From positions 1,376,001 to 1,440,000 of the forward strand of contig OZ252149.1 of NCBI GenBank assembly GCA_965248755.1: 64,000 nucleotides of DNA, in the 5' to 3' direction. The DNA is from Candidatus Latescibacterota bacterium. GTDB taxonomy: Bacteria; Latescibacterota; CBDEFO01. This document shows, in pieces, positions 9,911 to 19,620 of this stretch. Position 1 is the stretch's first letter; each line of letters starts with the position of its first letter. The notes beneath the pieces were generated by a model. The model saw only the letters and a program-made list of their open reading frames with translations. It did no database searches and had not been told where the DNA came from. Made by a program: the position numbers and the translations under genes.

Positions 9911-11896
9911 TCAAAATTGCCCGAGCGAATTGAGCGTCATCCCTGTGAAGTAATCTATCGTCATCCACGTCGCTGCCACGACCATCTGCCCTAAGATCAG
10001 ACCCAGAAAGAAAGGTCGAGTCTTTCTGAATACTCCAGCGCCGCCGTATTTGATCAGGACCACCTTGAAGAACCACGCCAAAAATACGCTAAGCCACACC
10101 TGATTTATTAAGAAAACGGGGCTGATTACATAGCCGATGGGATGGATAGGCCACCATATAAAGCGGTATCGGATAAAGATCAAAAGGCCCATAACAGATG
10201 CCCCTATGCCGGTGGCTACCCATCCTCCGATGTTGGGAGTAAGGTCCCCTGCTACCCTTGAGGTTATGTAATCGAAGGGTTCTCGCGGAGCCCCGCCAAA
10301 AAACCAGGCGTAGAGGTTGATTCCGCCTTCCTGGTATGCCATGTTTAAGACCATCCACATCGATCCTGCCAGGCTCACGACGATGGAAAGCATCATCGCC
10401 CAGAAGAGCGGTCTTCTATTCCCTTGGACCACATTGATCAACTTGAGCCCGTTGGCGCACGAAGCCATAACGAACGTCCTCAACTCACCGTGCCAGACGT
10501 GTGTGTACGCCAGTGCGACTAATCCTTTAGGTCCTAAAACTGAGGTCCCAAGCCCGGATACCACGAAGTCAGAACCCAGTATAGGCGGCCGCATATCAGG
10601 CATCCCTCCCTCCGATACTACCCGGGTCATCCCTATAAAGATAACAAAGGCAACAAACACGAATATGGGGACGATCCACAGGGGCATTCCGGTAGTCCAC
10701 AGCCAAAAGCCTATAAAAAGGAGCCCTCCAGCCATGCCGAAGAAAGCGGTCCGGTAAGATAGAATCTCGTCCGAGTCGTCCACGTTCGGATCGTTCTTAA
10801 AAGCCTTCCTCAGAACGCCCTTTAGGTGCTCCCGACCTGTCCACAGTCCTAACATGACAAAGACTATCATAGCTCCCATGCCCTGATGGAGCAGGTACGG
10901 TGACGAGGCCCAGGTGTAAGCATAGAGGCTCATTATCTGTGAGCTGTGGAAACCTATCATATTGAAAATGCCGTGCTCCACGTTGGCCAACAGGGAGAAA
11001 GACCAAATCGCAAGGGCGATGTCGCGGGGTATAAGATAGACGAATCCAACAACATAAAAGCGGAGATCGAAGATAATCCGAGTTGTGTTGTGAAGTATGA
11101 ACATGCTAGTGGAAAGGTCAATATCCGGAACGAACGGGTAGTAGCGATGGAAAGCCTTTGCGCTGTCTATGAAAAAAGGGATGGCAAATCCAAGCCACAG
11201 AACGGGATTTTTGAAAAATGGCGCAAGATAACCACTCTTATCGTCCCTTATCATTTCCATAGGCGTCTGAATCATCGGATAGATCACCCTCTCCCTCTCT
11301 ACCCACTGCCTCCTTAAAATCACCATCATGCATATCATCACAAAATAAAGGACAATCGCAAACGAAGACCAGTACAAAAGTGGCCCCATCCACATCCCCC
11401 AGGGTATCGTCTCTCCCTCAGGCAGACCTTCGTAGAAATATCTAATATACTCTGGATCTCGAGGGGATATCCACTCGGGGATATATGGATGGATCAGATT
11501 TACCCAGTCGTTCTCAGGGGTAGCGTAGTAGTATACACCGGCGCTGGCAGGAAGGAGGTGTTCGGTGAGACCTACGGCCACTATGGACGAAGCTACGATC
11601 ATCATAATGTAGATCGTAACTAATTCGGTGACTTCAAACTCGATTCCCCTTCTGATCAGCTTCAAAAGGGGGTTTACTATCGCTACGAGAATAAATAAAA
11701 GGAAGATTGCTCCACCGGTGCTGAAGGCGCCAGCCATCCAGGAGCTCATGATAACGGAATCGCCGTATGGTGCGGCTATGGATATGAAAAAGGAGAGCGC
11801 TGCTCCCACAACAAAAGATCTGACGGTAAATCGTCGTGGTGGTCTCTCCTTCTTAACGGCATAATCGGTATTGAAATCCGTAGCTCTTATCTCCAT
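9911..11896 (-). CDS. DUF6785/DUF6784-type polytopic membrane protein, copy 2
   Basis: Near-identical tandem paralogue of 7832-9817. Confidence 0.75.
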   Translation of the reverse strand: MEIRATDFNTDYAVKKERPPRRFTVRSFVVGAALSFFISIAAPYGDSVIMSSWMAGAFSTGGAIFLLFILVAIVNPLLKLIRRGIEFEVTELVTIYIMMIVASSIVAVGLTEHLLPASAGVYYYATPENDWVNLIHPYIPEWISPRDPEYIRYFYEGLPEGETIPWGMWMGPLLYWSSFAIVLYFVMICMMVILRRQWVERERVIYPMIQTPMEMIRDDKSGYLAPFFKNPVLWLGFAIPFFIDSAKAFHRYYPFVPDIDLSTSMFILHNTTRIIFDLRFYVVGFVYLIPRDIALAIWSFSLLANVEHGIFNMIGFHSSQIMSLYAYTWASSPYLLHQGMGAMIVFVMLGLWTGREHLKGVLRKAFKNDPNVDDSDEILSYRTAFFGMAGGLLFIGFWLWTTGMPLWIVPIFVFVAFVIFIGMTRVVSEGGMPDMRPPILGSDFVVSGLGTSVLGPKGLVALAYTHVWHGELRTFVMASCANGLKLINVVQGNRRPLFWAMMLSIVVSLAGSMWMVLNMAYQEGGINLYAWFFGGAPREPFDYITSRVAGDLTPNIGGWVATGIGASVMGLLIFIRYRFIWWPIHPIGYVISPVFLINQVWLSVFLAWFFKVVLIKYGGAGVFRKTRPFFLGLILGQMVVAATWMTIDYFTGMTLNSLGQF

Positions 11897-12235
11897 CTAC
11901 AGGTCTTACTGAGGCAAAAAAGAATGAACAGCCACGACCTTCCAGATAAACTGCTGTCCAATCAATGGCGGGCGTTTGGGAGGGCTTTATTATTGTCCAG
12001 AGCTTCTTAATACACCCATACAGAGAACATAACCACGCATCTCAGCGATATCGCTAGAATAACTTATCTACGAGGATTCAGTTCTTATACTTTCGACACC
12101 ATAAGATATTGGGGTGACCCACCCGGTTACCTGGGAAACCATAAAAAAATCGCGCTCTATGCCCGGAGCAGTGACCCTAAGTGCTGGAACATAGAGCGCC
12201 AGGATCACGTGGATATCGAACTGTCGGGGAGCAGA

Positions 12236-13081
12236 TCAGACCACCGTATTTTCCACTTCGTAGTAGTGGTTGACTCCCGGGACCTCCCTCATGCCGTGCC
12301 ATACGCCCCTGAAGAGGGTCTGTCTCTTTGCTGGCATGGCCTGAATCACTTCGAGCGGCGGGCGACCCTTGCCCCATTTGGAGTTGACCGTGTCGTAGCA
12401 GGTAAACAAACACAGCCGGTCCCGCTCCTCGTTGTTCCACAGCGTTCCGGAATGACACAACGACTCCGTAAAGATCACGGCCGACCCAGCCGGGCAGGTG
12501 TAGGTCTCCCACAACTCGCTGTCGCGGTCGCTGACTTCCTCAGGCCTTGAAAAGGCTGCCTTGTGGCTGCCCGATAGAAAGAGGGTCCCGCCGTCATCCG
12601 GAGCCACCTCGTTGAGTTCCCAAACTACCCGCGTCAGACCCGAGTGCACCTTGCCGGGCAGCATCTGGTATATGTGAGAGTTGCCGCGGAAATTAAAGTA
12701 ACCGCCACCGCCGTGGGGTGCATAGTTGTCGTTCCCGGCCTGGCGGTGGCTCGTATAGGTATGGTCGTAGCGGAAGCCGTAACACTCTTCGGTAGCCAGG
12801 GCTTGGCAGGAGAGAACTTCGTTGAGTACGCCCACCACAGCGGGATGATCCAGCAACACCTGTGACGGTCCACCGTGGTTGTCCCTCTCGTGTGGTGGCA
12901 GCTCATCTCGCTGCTTCAGGAATTTTATCTGATGTTCGCGAATGAGTTGGAGTTGCTCCTCGTCGAGCAAGCCGGGCAGGGCTATCCAGCCTTTGATATC
13001 GAACGTGTACCTCTGCCCATCTGTCATCGGAATGACCGGAAGACCGTCAGCGTTAGTAGTGGGAAGCAGCAATTCGGACAT
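12236..13081 (-). CDS. Phytanoyl-CoA dioxygenase (PhyH)-like Fe(II)/2OG enzyme, HxG variant
   Basis: F..KGW.ALPGLL, DDGGTLFLSGSHK, AGSAVIFTESLCHSG and a distal Arg. First iron motif is PHGGG. ATG 13081 follows GGAG. Confidence 0.85.
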   Translation of the reverse strand: MSELLLPTTNADGLPVIPMTDGQRYTFDIKGWIALPGLLDEEQLQLIREHQIKFLKQRDELPPHERDNHGGPSQVLLDHPAVVGVLNEVLSCQALATEECYGFRYDHTYTSHRQAGNDNYAPHGGGGYFNFRGNSHIYQMLPGKVHSGLTRVVWELNEVAPDDGGTLFLSGSHKAAFSRPEEVSDRDSELWETYTCPAGSAVIFTESLCHSGTLWNNEERDRLCLFTCYDTVNSKWGKGRPPLEVIQAMPAKRQTLFRGVWHGMREVPGVNHYYEVENTVV

Positions 13082-13378
13082 GGTTATCTCCAGTAGTTTG
13101 TAAATCACATTGTTGTAGGTGCCAATTCTTATTGGTGGTTCCGGGAACTACCATCGCCTTTGTCCTTCCTTTTTCTTGTCTTAGCCATCACTTGCTCCTT
13201 TTTTGACAGTTACTTCAAGATGTTCTTCTCCTGTCCCTACTCTGCCTGCGCTCATCCAAACGTGAGCTCTGAAACCTTGAACTTGATGAACTGGCTTCCC
13301 GGAATCTTGTGTTCTGACGCGCTAAAGCGGTTCGAGAGCCTCAGGATTGAGCCTTGAGGTTCGAATTGTGAACACTCC

Positions 13379-14692
13379 TCAGCCATTTAGCCCGTCGTAG
13401 AACCAAGAGATGGGCAAGCCCACACAGATACCTGTTCTCATACCTCGCCACTTTGCGGCGGGCAGGTCATAACCCATCTTGCCATCCTCTTCAATCATAT
13501 AATAGGCTCGCTCTATGCACAGGTAGCGGATGATGACTACATCCTTGCAGATAGACACTAACGGATATCTTCCTTCGAGATTGTTCAGAGATATCCGGGG
13601 TGAGTGTTCCATAGCTCTATAGTACCGGATGGGTGGAGGCTCGACGTGGGTGATGTCGCTTTCTTTCAGGCAGACGATGTTCCTTCCACGGTTCCATGTG
13701 GCCCCGCCGTCTTTGCTGATGGCACAGGATAGGCGGTGACGCTGCAGTCCCATCTCAATCTCATCTGCAGATGCCTGGTTCCAGATGACCAACAGATCAT
13801 CGGTTCCGGGGATCCTGACCAGCTCCGCTGGCGCCCTTGAGGAAGCCAACGTTGTGGGCTCTGGCTGTGACCAGCTTGTGCCGTTGTCTTGAGACCAAGA
13901 CTGATATAGACGTCCCAGGGGCGTCCTCAGAATCATCATGAGATGTTCTGGGCTGACCTCAGCAACCACAGGCTCCTCGCAGGAATAGTGTCCGCCGGCA
14001 CTATAATCCAGGGTTACAAAGAGTTGTCCGCCATGCTCCCCAATCCCCATTCCCTCGTTTGTCTGCCAGGTCTCACCCTCGTCATCGGAATAGTAGACCC
14101 AGCAATAACACATATGGTTTTCGAAACCGTGGTAACCTACCAGAACGGTGCCGTCGCCAAATAGAGCCCGACCTTTCTGCCGAAGAAGGTTGCCGATATG
14201 AGTGTAGACAGAAACGACTATACGGCCCGTGCTGGTGACAATAGCCCCGTACATCGCTGCTTTGTCAGATGGCTGTGAGACCCTTATGGGCTTGGACCAA
14301 GTCTTTGCCTCGTCATCGGACCGGAAAAACCAGTTACCTACTCCAAATTCTTGATCGGATCGCCCCGCAAAGAATCCACCGATGCCACCCGACTTCAACC
14401 GTACAAGACTCTCAGCATACCCCTCCATCGACTGCCCCTCTGCATCGAGCATGGGTTCAGGTTCGCTCCAGGTCTTTCCGCCATCAGACGAAGTGGCCCG
14501 ACCCAATAGAGAGTTGGTGGCTACAATGTAGTTTCCACCGCTTTGGGCCGAAACATTCAGTAGGCTCCCGTCCTTCAGTTCGATCATGCCTCCTTCGTGT
14601 GGGATATGACCGACATGGAGGAACAAGCTCTCTTTGGGTACACATGAACGAACTTTGCTTACGAAGTCCGGATCTATATTTGCATTCTGCAT
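13379..14692 (-). CDS. Sialidase-family / BNR Asp-box beta-propeller protein
   Basis: Five Asp-boxes (SSDGGKTW, SDDEAKTW, SDDEGETW, SQDNGTSW, SKDGGATW). AGAGGAG RBS before ATG 14692. Confidence 0.85.
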   Translation of the reverse strand: MQNANIDPDFVSKVRSCVPKESLFLHVGHIPHEGGMIELKDGSLLNVSAQSGGNYIVATNSLLGRATSSDGGKTWSEPEPMLDAEGQSMEGYAESLVRLKSGGIGGFFAGRSDQEFGVGNWFFRSDDEAKTWSKPIRVSQPSDKAAMYGAIVTSTGRIVVSVYTHIGNLLRQKGRALFGDGTVLVGYHGFENHMCYCWVYYSDDEGETWQTNEGMGIGEHGGQLFVTLDYSAGGHYSCEEPVVAEVSPEHLMMILRTPLGRLYQSWSQDNGTSWSQPEPTTLASSRAPAELVRIPGTDDLLVIWNQASADEIEMGLQRHRLSCAISKDGGATWNRGRNIVCLKESDITHVEPPPIRYYRAMEHSPRISLNNLEGRYPLVSICKDVVIIRYLCIERAYYMIEEDGKMGYDLPAAKWRGMRTGICVGLPISWFYDGLNG

Positions 14693-14789
14693 ACTTACTG
14701 TCTCCTCTTTATATTTACTGTCTGCTTGTTGTCCTTTTAAGCAAACTTTCTGGACCACTTTACTTTATTGGATCATCAACCCCGCTTGG

Positions 14790-14891
14790 CCATCACCTGA
14801 TTCGCCGTCAGCCCGCAGATGTGGCCACCGCGGCGCGTCGTAACTACGTCACGCCCGTCACAAAGCGGCCAATGTTCTGCGGTTGCGCCAT
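14790..14891 (-). pseudogene. Flavin reductase-like N-terminal fragment (frameshifted)
   Basis: IGRFVTGVT / VTTRRGGHICGLTAN across a frameshift matches the GRF.TGVTVVT...G.TAN motif. AAGGAG upstream. Confidence 0.6.
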
Positions 14892-15054
14892 TGCGTCAAA
14901 GGCCGTTCTCCTTTCCACGTTCTTGTGTTCAGATTGTCGGAAGTTCCGCCCTGATTCTATCACATTCCTAAAGAGCCTCAAGGAACTGCTCTTCAGTCAC
15001 CGGTGCCATCTACATATATTCCTTTAAAAGAATAATCCGCGTGTATTCTTACGT

Positions 15055-15888
15055 CTATCGCATGTGCGGAGGCTCCATCACTGCACGCTGCTGCTCTGTC
15101 ATGTCCAGAATATAGTCGGGGAACGAAATTTCGTAGTCGCCAGCGCTGAAAGCCTGAAACCCAGGACTGAACTTGTAAAGCAGCGCGCGCCGCTGGTGCT
15201 TTCCCTTCCACGGCAGCGCGCCGTGCGTCAGGGTCTCCGTGAAAATTACCGCGTCGCCCGCTTTAACGTTGGCCTCCATTACATACTGCTGATACTTCTC
15301 ATAAAACTTCAAGCTCTGCGGGCAGGGGAGGTTCGCCTTGTGGCTGCCCGGAATGAACGCCAGTCCGCCATCTCCCGGCCCTTCGTCTGCCAACATAAAC
15401 TCCACAACTGTTAGCCCGCAGTAGATGCACCCGTTCTTGAAGGAGTAAGCCTCCGAAAAGCTGGGGCTCTCTACACCACCGCCGTGCAGGCGGTGGCCCT
15501 CGGTGCCTTGGTCCATCGCAATTACGCCTGGCCCATGATCCAGCCGATAGCCCTCTCCCAGGATGCCATTGAAGTAGGGCACGATGCGCGGGTGCACCAG
15601 AATGTCCCGGAACGGTTCACACCATGGACGCTCCCATGCCAGCATTCCACCAATATCCTTCCGGTGTGAAGTACCTCCCAATGTCTTAGACTCAAACGCT
15701 AGCGATCTGGGGTACTCCGTAAGTTGGTCAATGTGGTGGTCGATGGCGGCGTTGCAGGACTCCACCTCCTCGGGCGTCAGCACCTCTGGGATGATGAGAT
15801 AGCCCGTCAGGTCGAACAAATACTTTTCGTCGTCGGTCATGACACTCCAGCTCCTTATCGGCTTCAAGATAGGTATGTTATCCCTCAC
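15055..15888 (-). CDS. PhyH-like Fe(II)/2OG enzyme, HxG variant
   Basis: YLFDLTGYLIIPEVL, GDGGLAFIPGSHK, AGDAVIFTETLTHGA...RR. First iron motif is LHGGG. Confidence 0.85.
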   Translation of the reverse strand: MRDNIPILKPIRSWSVMTDDEKYLFDLTGYLIIPEVLTPEEVESCNAAIDHHIDQLTEYPRSLAFESKTLGGTSHRKDIGGMLAWERPWCEPFRDILVHPRIVPYFNGILGEGYRLDHGPGVIAMDQGTEGHRLHGGGVESPSFSEAYSFKNGCIYCGLTVVEFMLADEGPGDGGLAFIPGSHKANLPCPQSLKFYEKYQQYVMEANVKAGDAVIFTETLTHGALPWKGKHQRRALLYKFSPGFQAFSAGDYEISFPDYILDMTEQQRAVMEPPHMR

Positions 15889-16003
15889 TGTCTAAACTTC
15901 TGCTGGCACAGCACTACTCAGGCTGAATTCGCGCCGGGCAAGCATCTACCGGACCAAAAGACTGTAGCTTGTGTTCAGTATTATTCTTGTCCGTTGATCT
16001 TCG

Positions 16004-16219
16004 TCAGTCTTGCTCTGCAAGCTTCACATACTTTCCGTCGTGGAAGATAAGCGGTTGGCCGTCGCTCACATAGCCCGTTATGATCTTTCCAATGAAGAAG
16101 TCATGGTCGCCGCCCCGCAAAACTTCGACCACCTGACAATCTACGAACGCCAGTTCCTCTTGGATGATCGGGTAGATCGGAAGCGTGACCAGGATTATGG
16201 TCTTCGTGCTCTCGAGCAT
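16004..16219 (-). pseudogene. Flavin reductase-like C-terminal fragment
   Basis: PIIQEELAFVDCQV....GGDHDFFIGKI.....QPLIFHDGKY (GDH motif). N-terminal half missing. Confidence 0.75.
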
Positions 16220-16949
16220 GACTGAACCGATCCGCGATGTTGTTTGAACTTGTGGGAAATCTCCTTTCCAGGGGAAACCAGCCGCGGCATGGCGCGTGTC
16301 CCATACAATGCCCCTCCCCCTTTTGAGACAGCGGACAGATTACTATGCTCTGGGTGATAAAGTACGGAACTTTCAAGATTTGTCAAGAGAAAAGGAAGTA
16401 TCATAAACAGGAAGTTTATGCGAACGATGAGTTTATAGCGTGGGGCCCTTTGGTTGGATAGTTCGGTATACCGATGCAACCGAGGGAACTGGACTTTGAA
16501 CAATCGAACCAGTTTCTTAAACCGGATCTCGGGTTTCTCTACAGGATATTGAAAAGCTCTCCGCCGGTCTGATAAAACTACGGTTTTTTCAAACTGGAGT
16601 CATCTCTCAAGTTCCTTACCGTATACCATTACACCAATCTGGTTGATACCCTCATTACGACTTAACCTTGGGTACTCTTATGTAGGGATACTCTATAAGG
16701 GATTCCATGTAAAGCTGTTTCCGGCTCCCAAGATGTCACCTGAGAGATGCTCGGCTAACAGGCTATACACAGCATCTTTGTGGGGTGGAGGAATAGGCCA
16801 AGTGACGGAGACAGATCGAAAGAAGGCAAATGCTGTCTGGCCCTGACTGTGGTAGTGTGGCCGTTCATTTCCGCCCATTCGTAGGATCGGTTCCCACTTT
16901 ATAAAACGCTTGAAATGTAAGACTTCTCTTTGCCTGATCTCCAGACCGC

Positions 16950-17810
16950 TTAATCTCCTGGAGGAGAAACGTCCACGGGTACCCAGATATTCGGGTCAAA
17001 AGGAGCCAGGTAGTAATCGACGAAAAAGTCCGCGTTGCGGTTCAACTCTGTCTGGCCGCTGTTCGCCCAGAAAGCGTAGTCAGTTGGGAGGTTATCGCTG
17101 TCTATAACGGCAAAGCCTACTCCGATTATGGTGCCCTCTTCATAGGTATGTATTACGCTGTCATCAACACTCCTAAAATCTATATCGTCAAATCCCATGA
17201 AGTATGTCTCCACATTCAGCGTTCCTGGTCCGCCTGCTTCACCTTGAAAGGTCCAGCGCAGGTCGGCATAAGGAGGCAAGCCGGCCCACGAGGCCGTCCC
17301 CCAAAACCAGATCGGATCCTCTCTTTTCAGAAAATAGTGATAGTTTTGCGCCTGAGCTGAGTTGTACCTGTCGGGATCCAGATCGAGATCTTGCATGAGC
17401 TGGTACTGTCCTCCGCTGTGGTCAGCATCGATGACCCACTCGAGCATCTCGTAAATGTCTTCTGATACTTGGTAAAGAGAGACATCGTCGTACCTATCCT
17501 CCATCGTATATATCAGGTTGGTCACCGGACTCCATCCTACGATTATCCTTTCGGCAAGGCTAGAGGAGTCCGGATCCCCCAGGCCCCTGACAGTCTCTAC
17601 CAGATCGTTGTGCGTCACCCAGAGCGAATCAGGAACGTTAGCCCATTCGCTGAGGTCACCGTCTACCTTAATGTTCTGGTACTTATCGGTGCCAATAGGC
17701 ACCTGGACAGCAACGAAGGTCCTATCTGACCGCAGATGAGCAGAACCCGTGCTGATCGTAAACAGCACAGATACTAACATCGTGAATATCGCAATGTTTT
17801 TGTCTGTCAT
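16950..17810 (-). CDS. Secreted protein with a DOMON/CBM9-like sugar-binding domain
   Basis: Signal peptide, IKVDGDLSEW, and IGVGFAVIDSD near the C-terminus. Confidence 0.6.
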   Translation of the reverse strand: MTDKNIAIFTMLVSVLFTISTGSAHLRSDRTFVAVQVPIGTDKYQNIKVDGDLSEWANVPDSLWVTHNDLVETVRGLGDPDSSSLAERIIVGWSPVTNLIYTMEDRYDDVSLYQVSEDIYEMLEWVIDADHSGGQYQLMQDLDLDPDRYNSAQAQNYHYFLKREDPIWFWGTASWAGLPPYADLRWTFQGEAGGPGTLNVETYFMGFDDIDFRSVDDSVIHTYEEGTIIGVGFAVIDSDNLPTDYAFWANSGQTELNRNADFFVDYYLAPFDPNIWVPVDVSPPGD

Positions 17811-17859
17811 GATATCCTTTCATTGAGAATGATTCACCGACAAAAAGGTACACGATTCC

Positions 17860-18030
17860 CTTATAATATCCTTCGGCGATCCACTTGGCCCCTGCCTCCG
17901 GCCCTGAGGCAGTCGTTCCGAACGGCGCCCCCTGGTTCGGGCACAGATCTAGGATCCCACCCATCGCCTTTTTGAGATACGGGTGATCGTATTCACCGGG
18001 ATAGCCATCCATATAGAAGAGTGATAGGGT
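17860..18030 (-). pseudogene. HpcH/HpaI aldolase C-terminal fragment
   Basis: LS...GYPGEYDHP.LKKAM......GAPFGTTASGPEAGAKWIAEG resembles HpaI-family C-termini. Boundaries approximate. Confidence 0.5.
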
Positions 18031-18235
18031 CCCACATACGCAACGTCCAGGTAGTGATGCAGGCATCGCCTGACCATTCAGCCGAGCAGGCAGTCGCCGG
18101 ATTTGAGTCTGCGCTTGAAGGATCGCCCGAGGGAGTAGGATCGTTTGTGCAGGTACTGCAGCCGTTACTTTCGAGACCGTGGGTTTATGCGTCCATTGAA
18201 AACCTGGTTCAGCTCGGCAGAGAAAACCGGCAGTA

Positions 18236-18328
18236 CGTCATGCTGAGTCCTGCCCTGAGCAAAGTCGAACGGACAGCAAAGTATCTAACTCATCAAGGTC
18301 CAGATAGTTGGCTCTGCTCAGGATGTCA
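18236..18328. repeat. Degenerate CGTC-type REP pair (GTCATGCTGAG ... CTCAGGATG.CA)
   Basis: CGTCATGCTGAG[TCCTGCCCTGAGCAAAGTCGAACGGA]CAGCAAAGTATCT followed by AGATAGTTGGCTCTGCTCAGGATGTCA. Confidence 0.55.
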
Positions 18329-18365
18329 AGCGCCGAGGCGCTTGCTCCCAGCTCCATTAGATCCA

Positions 18366-19490
18366 TCATTCATAGAGCCACCGCGTCGGATGCGTCAACC
18401 ATATTGGATCCAGGCTACCCGCAGGTGAGCTGACGCGAATGAAAATGTAAAGATTCTCACCGTCGTCGCTGAAATACACCTCATGATAGTGCAGATGCAT
18501 AAAGTCATCAGGCAGTTCGCCCAGGATCTCATCAGGGCCGCTACCCCCACGGACCATTGTCGCGAGGGGCGGAGGCTCAACGCGCGTGACCGACTCCACA
18601 CCGGGACTCTGGACAAGGGTCTTGAAATTGTCCCAGGTCTGGCCGTCGTCCCTCGAGATGGCCACGGAAAGCCTCCCGCGACGATAGCCGGCTTTGATCT
18701 CATCAGCCGACATCTGGTTCCACACGAGCACCAGATCCCCTGTGTTGGGAATTCGGTTCAAGCGGCAGGGGGAGTTGGACATCGCAAGGTCGGTCGTCTC
18801 CACCTTCGTCCAGGCTTTGCCACCGTCAGCGCTGCAACTCTTCAAAATCCGGGCGCAAGTCGACCGCATGAAGCACAGCAGGCGGCAGCCTTTCAGTTCA
18901 GCAACGACTGGCTCCTCACAGCTCCAGTGCCCGAGGTGACCGTCTTGAAGGTAGCCCATCAGGAAGCCCTTGGAATGCTGCCAGGTCTGGCCATCATCGT
19001 CTGAGAAATTCATATAGCTTCCAGCCATCTCCGGGACATGAGTGTGTGTCTCCAGCGGGATCTTCTGACCTTTCCAGATGGCATAACCGCCACGCTGCTG
19101 GCGAGTATAGTCGGGGTGCTCGCCCTTCATTTCGAGGTAGAAGGGGATCACGATCCGGCCCCGGTAGTCTCCCTGCTGGATCTGGATGGCGGCGTTCTCG
19201 AGTGACGTGGGTTCGACCGTGCCAACGTCGGAGCTGAACTGGTCTCCTTTGATCCAGGTCGCGCCGCCGTCGCAAGACGTGTACGAGTGCCACTGATCGT
19301 ACTTAAAGAGCCTTCCGGAGTTCAACTTCAAGAACGTACCCTGTTCCTTTAGTTCTCGTGGGCGCTCGGTTCCTGGCCTCTCCCCAGAAGGTAATTGCGT
19401 AGGGGTCTGACTGCTCAATGTGCTCTCCTTCCCGTGTCGAAAAGATGACTGCCCAGAAAATAACAGCAACCTGATGAATGTCCGGCACAC
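18366..19490 (-). CDS. Sialidase-family / BNR protein, paralogue of 13379-14692; N-terminus uncertain
   Basis: Asp-boxes SCDGGATW, SDDDGQTW, SADGGKAW, SRDDGQTW. Shares SCEEPVVAE and WNQ.SADEI with the other copy. Confidence 0.8.
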   Translation of the reverse strand: MCRTFIRLLLFSGQSSFRHGKESTLSSQTPTQLPSGERPGTERPRELKEQGTFLKLNSGRLFKYDQWHSYTSCDGGATWIKGDQFSSDVGTVEPTSLENAAIQIQQGDYRGRIVIPFYLEMKGEHPDYTRQQRGGYAIWKGQKIPLETHTHVPEMAGSYMNFSDDDGQTWQHSKGFLMGYLQDGHLGHWSCEEPVVAELKGCRLLCFMRSTCARILKSCSADGGKAWTKVETTDLAMSNSPCRLNRIPNTGDLVLVWNQMSADEIKAGYRRGRLSVAISRDDGQTWDNFKTLVQSPGVESVTRVEPPPLATMVRGGSGPDEILGELPDDFMHLHYHEVYFSDDGENLYIFIRVSSPAGSLDPIWLTHPTRWLYE

Positions 19491-19620
19491 AATGTCCAGG
19501 TGGCTATGACTTATGCCGTGCCCTTGGTCATTGGAGCTTAGAGGTTGGATATTCGGCCATACACGTCAATAGCTGGGATTTAGTAGCTTCCTCCGAAATA
19601 CAAATGTTAACTATCTTAAC

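Noticed and set aside
16230..16940. Possible decayed gene(s) between the flavin reductase fragment and the secreted protein
   Set aside because: Short ORFs with multiple stops and no recognisable motif; cannot be assigned without a search. The same applies to 7470-7820, 13110-13370 and 21860-22250.
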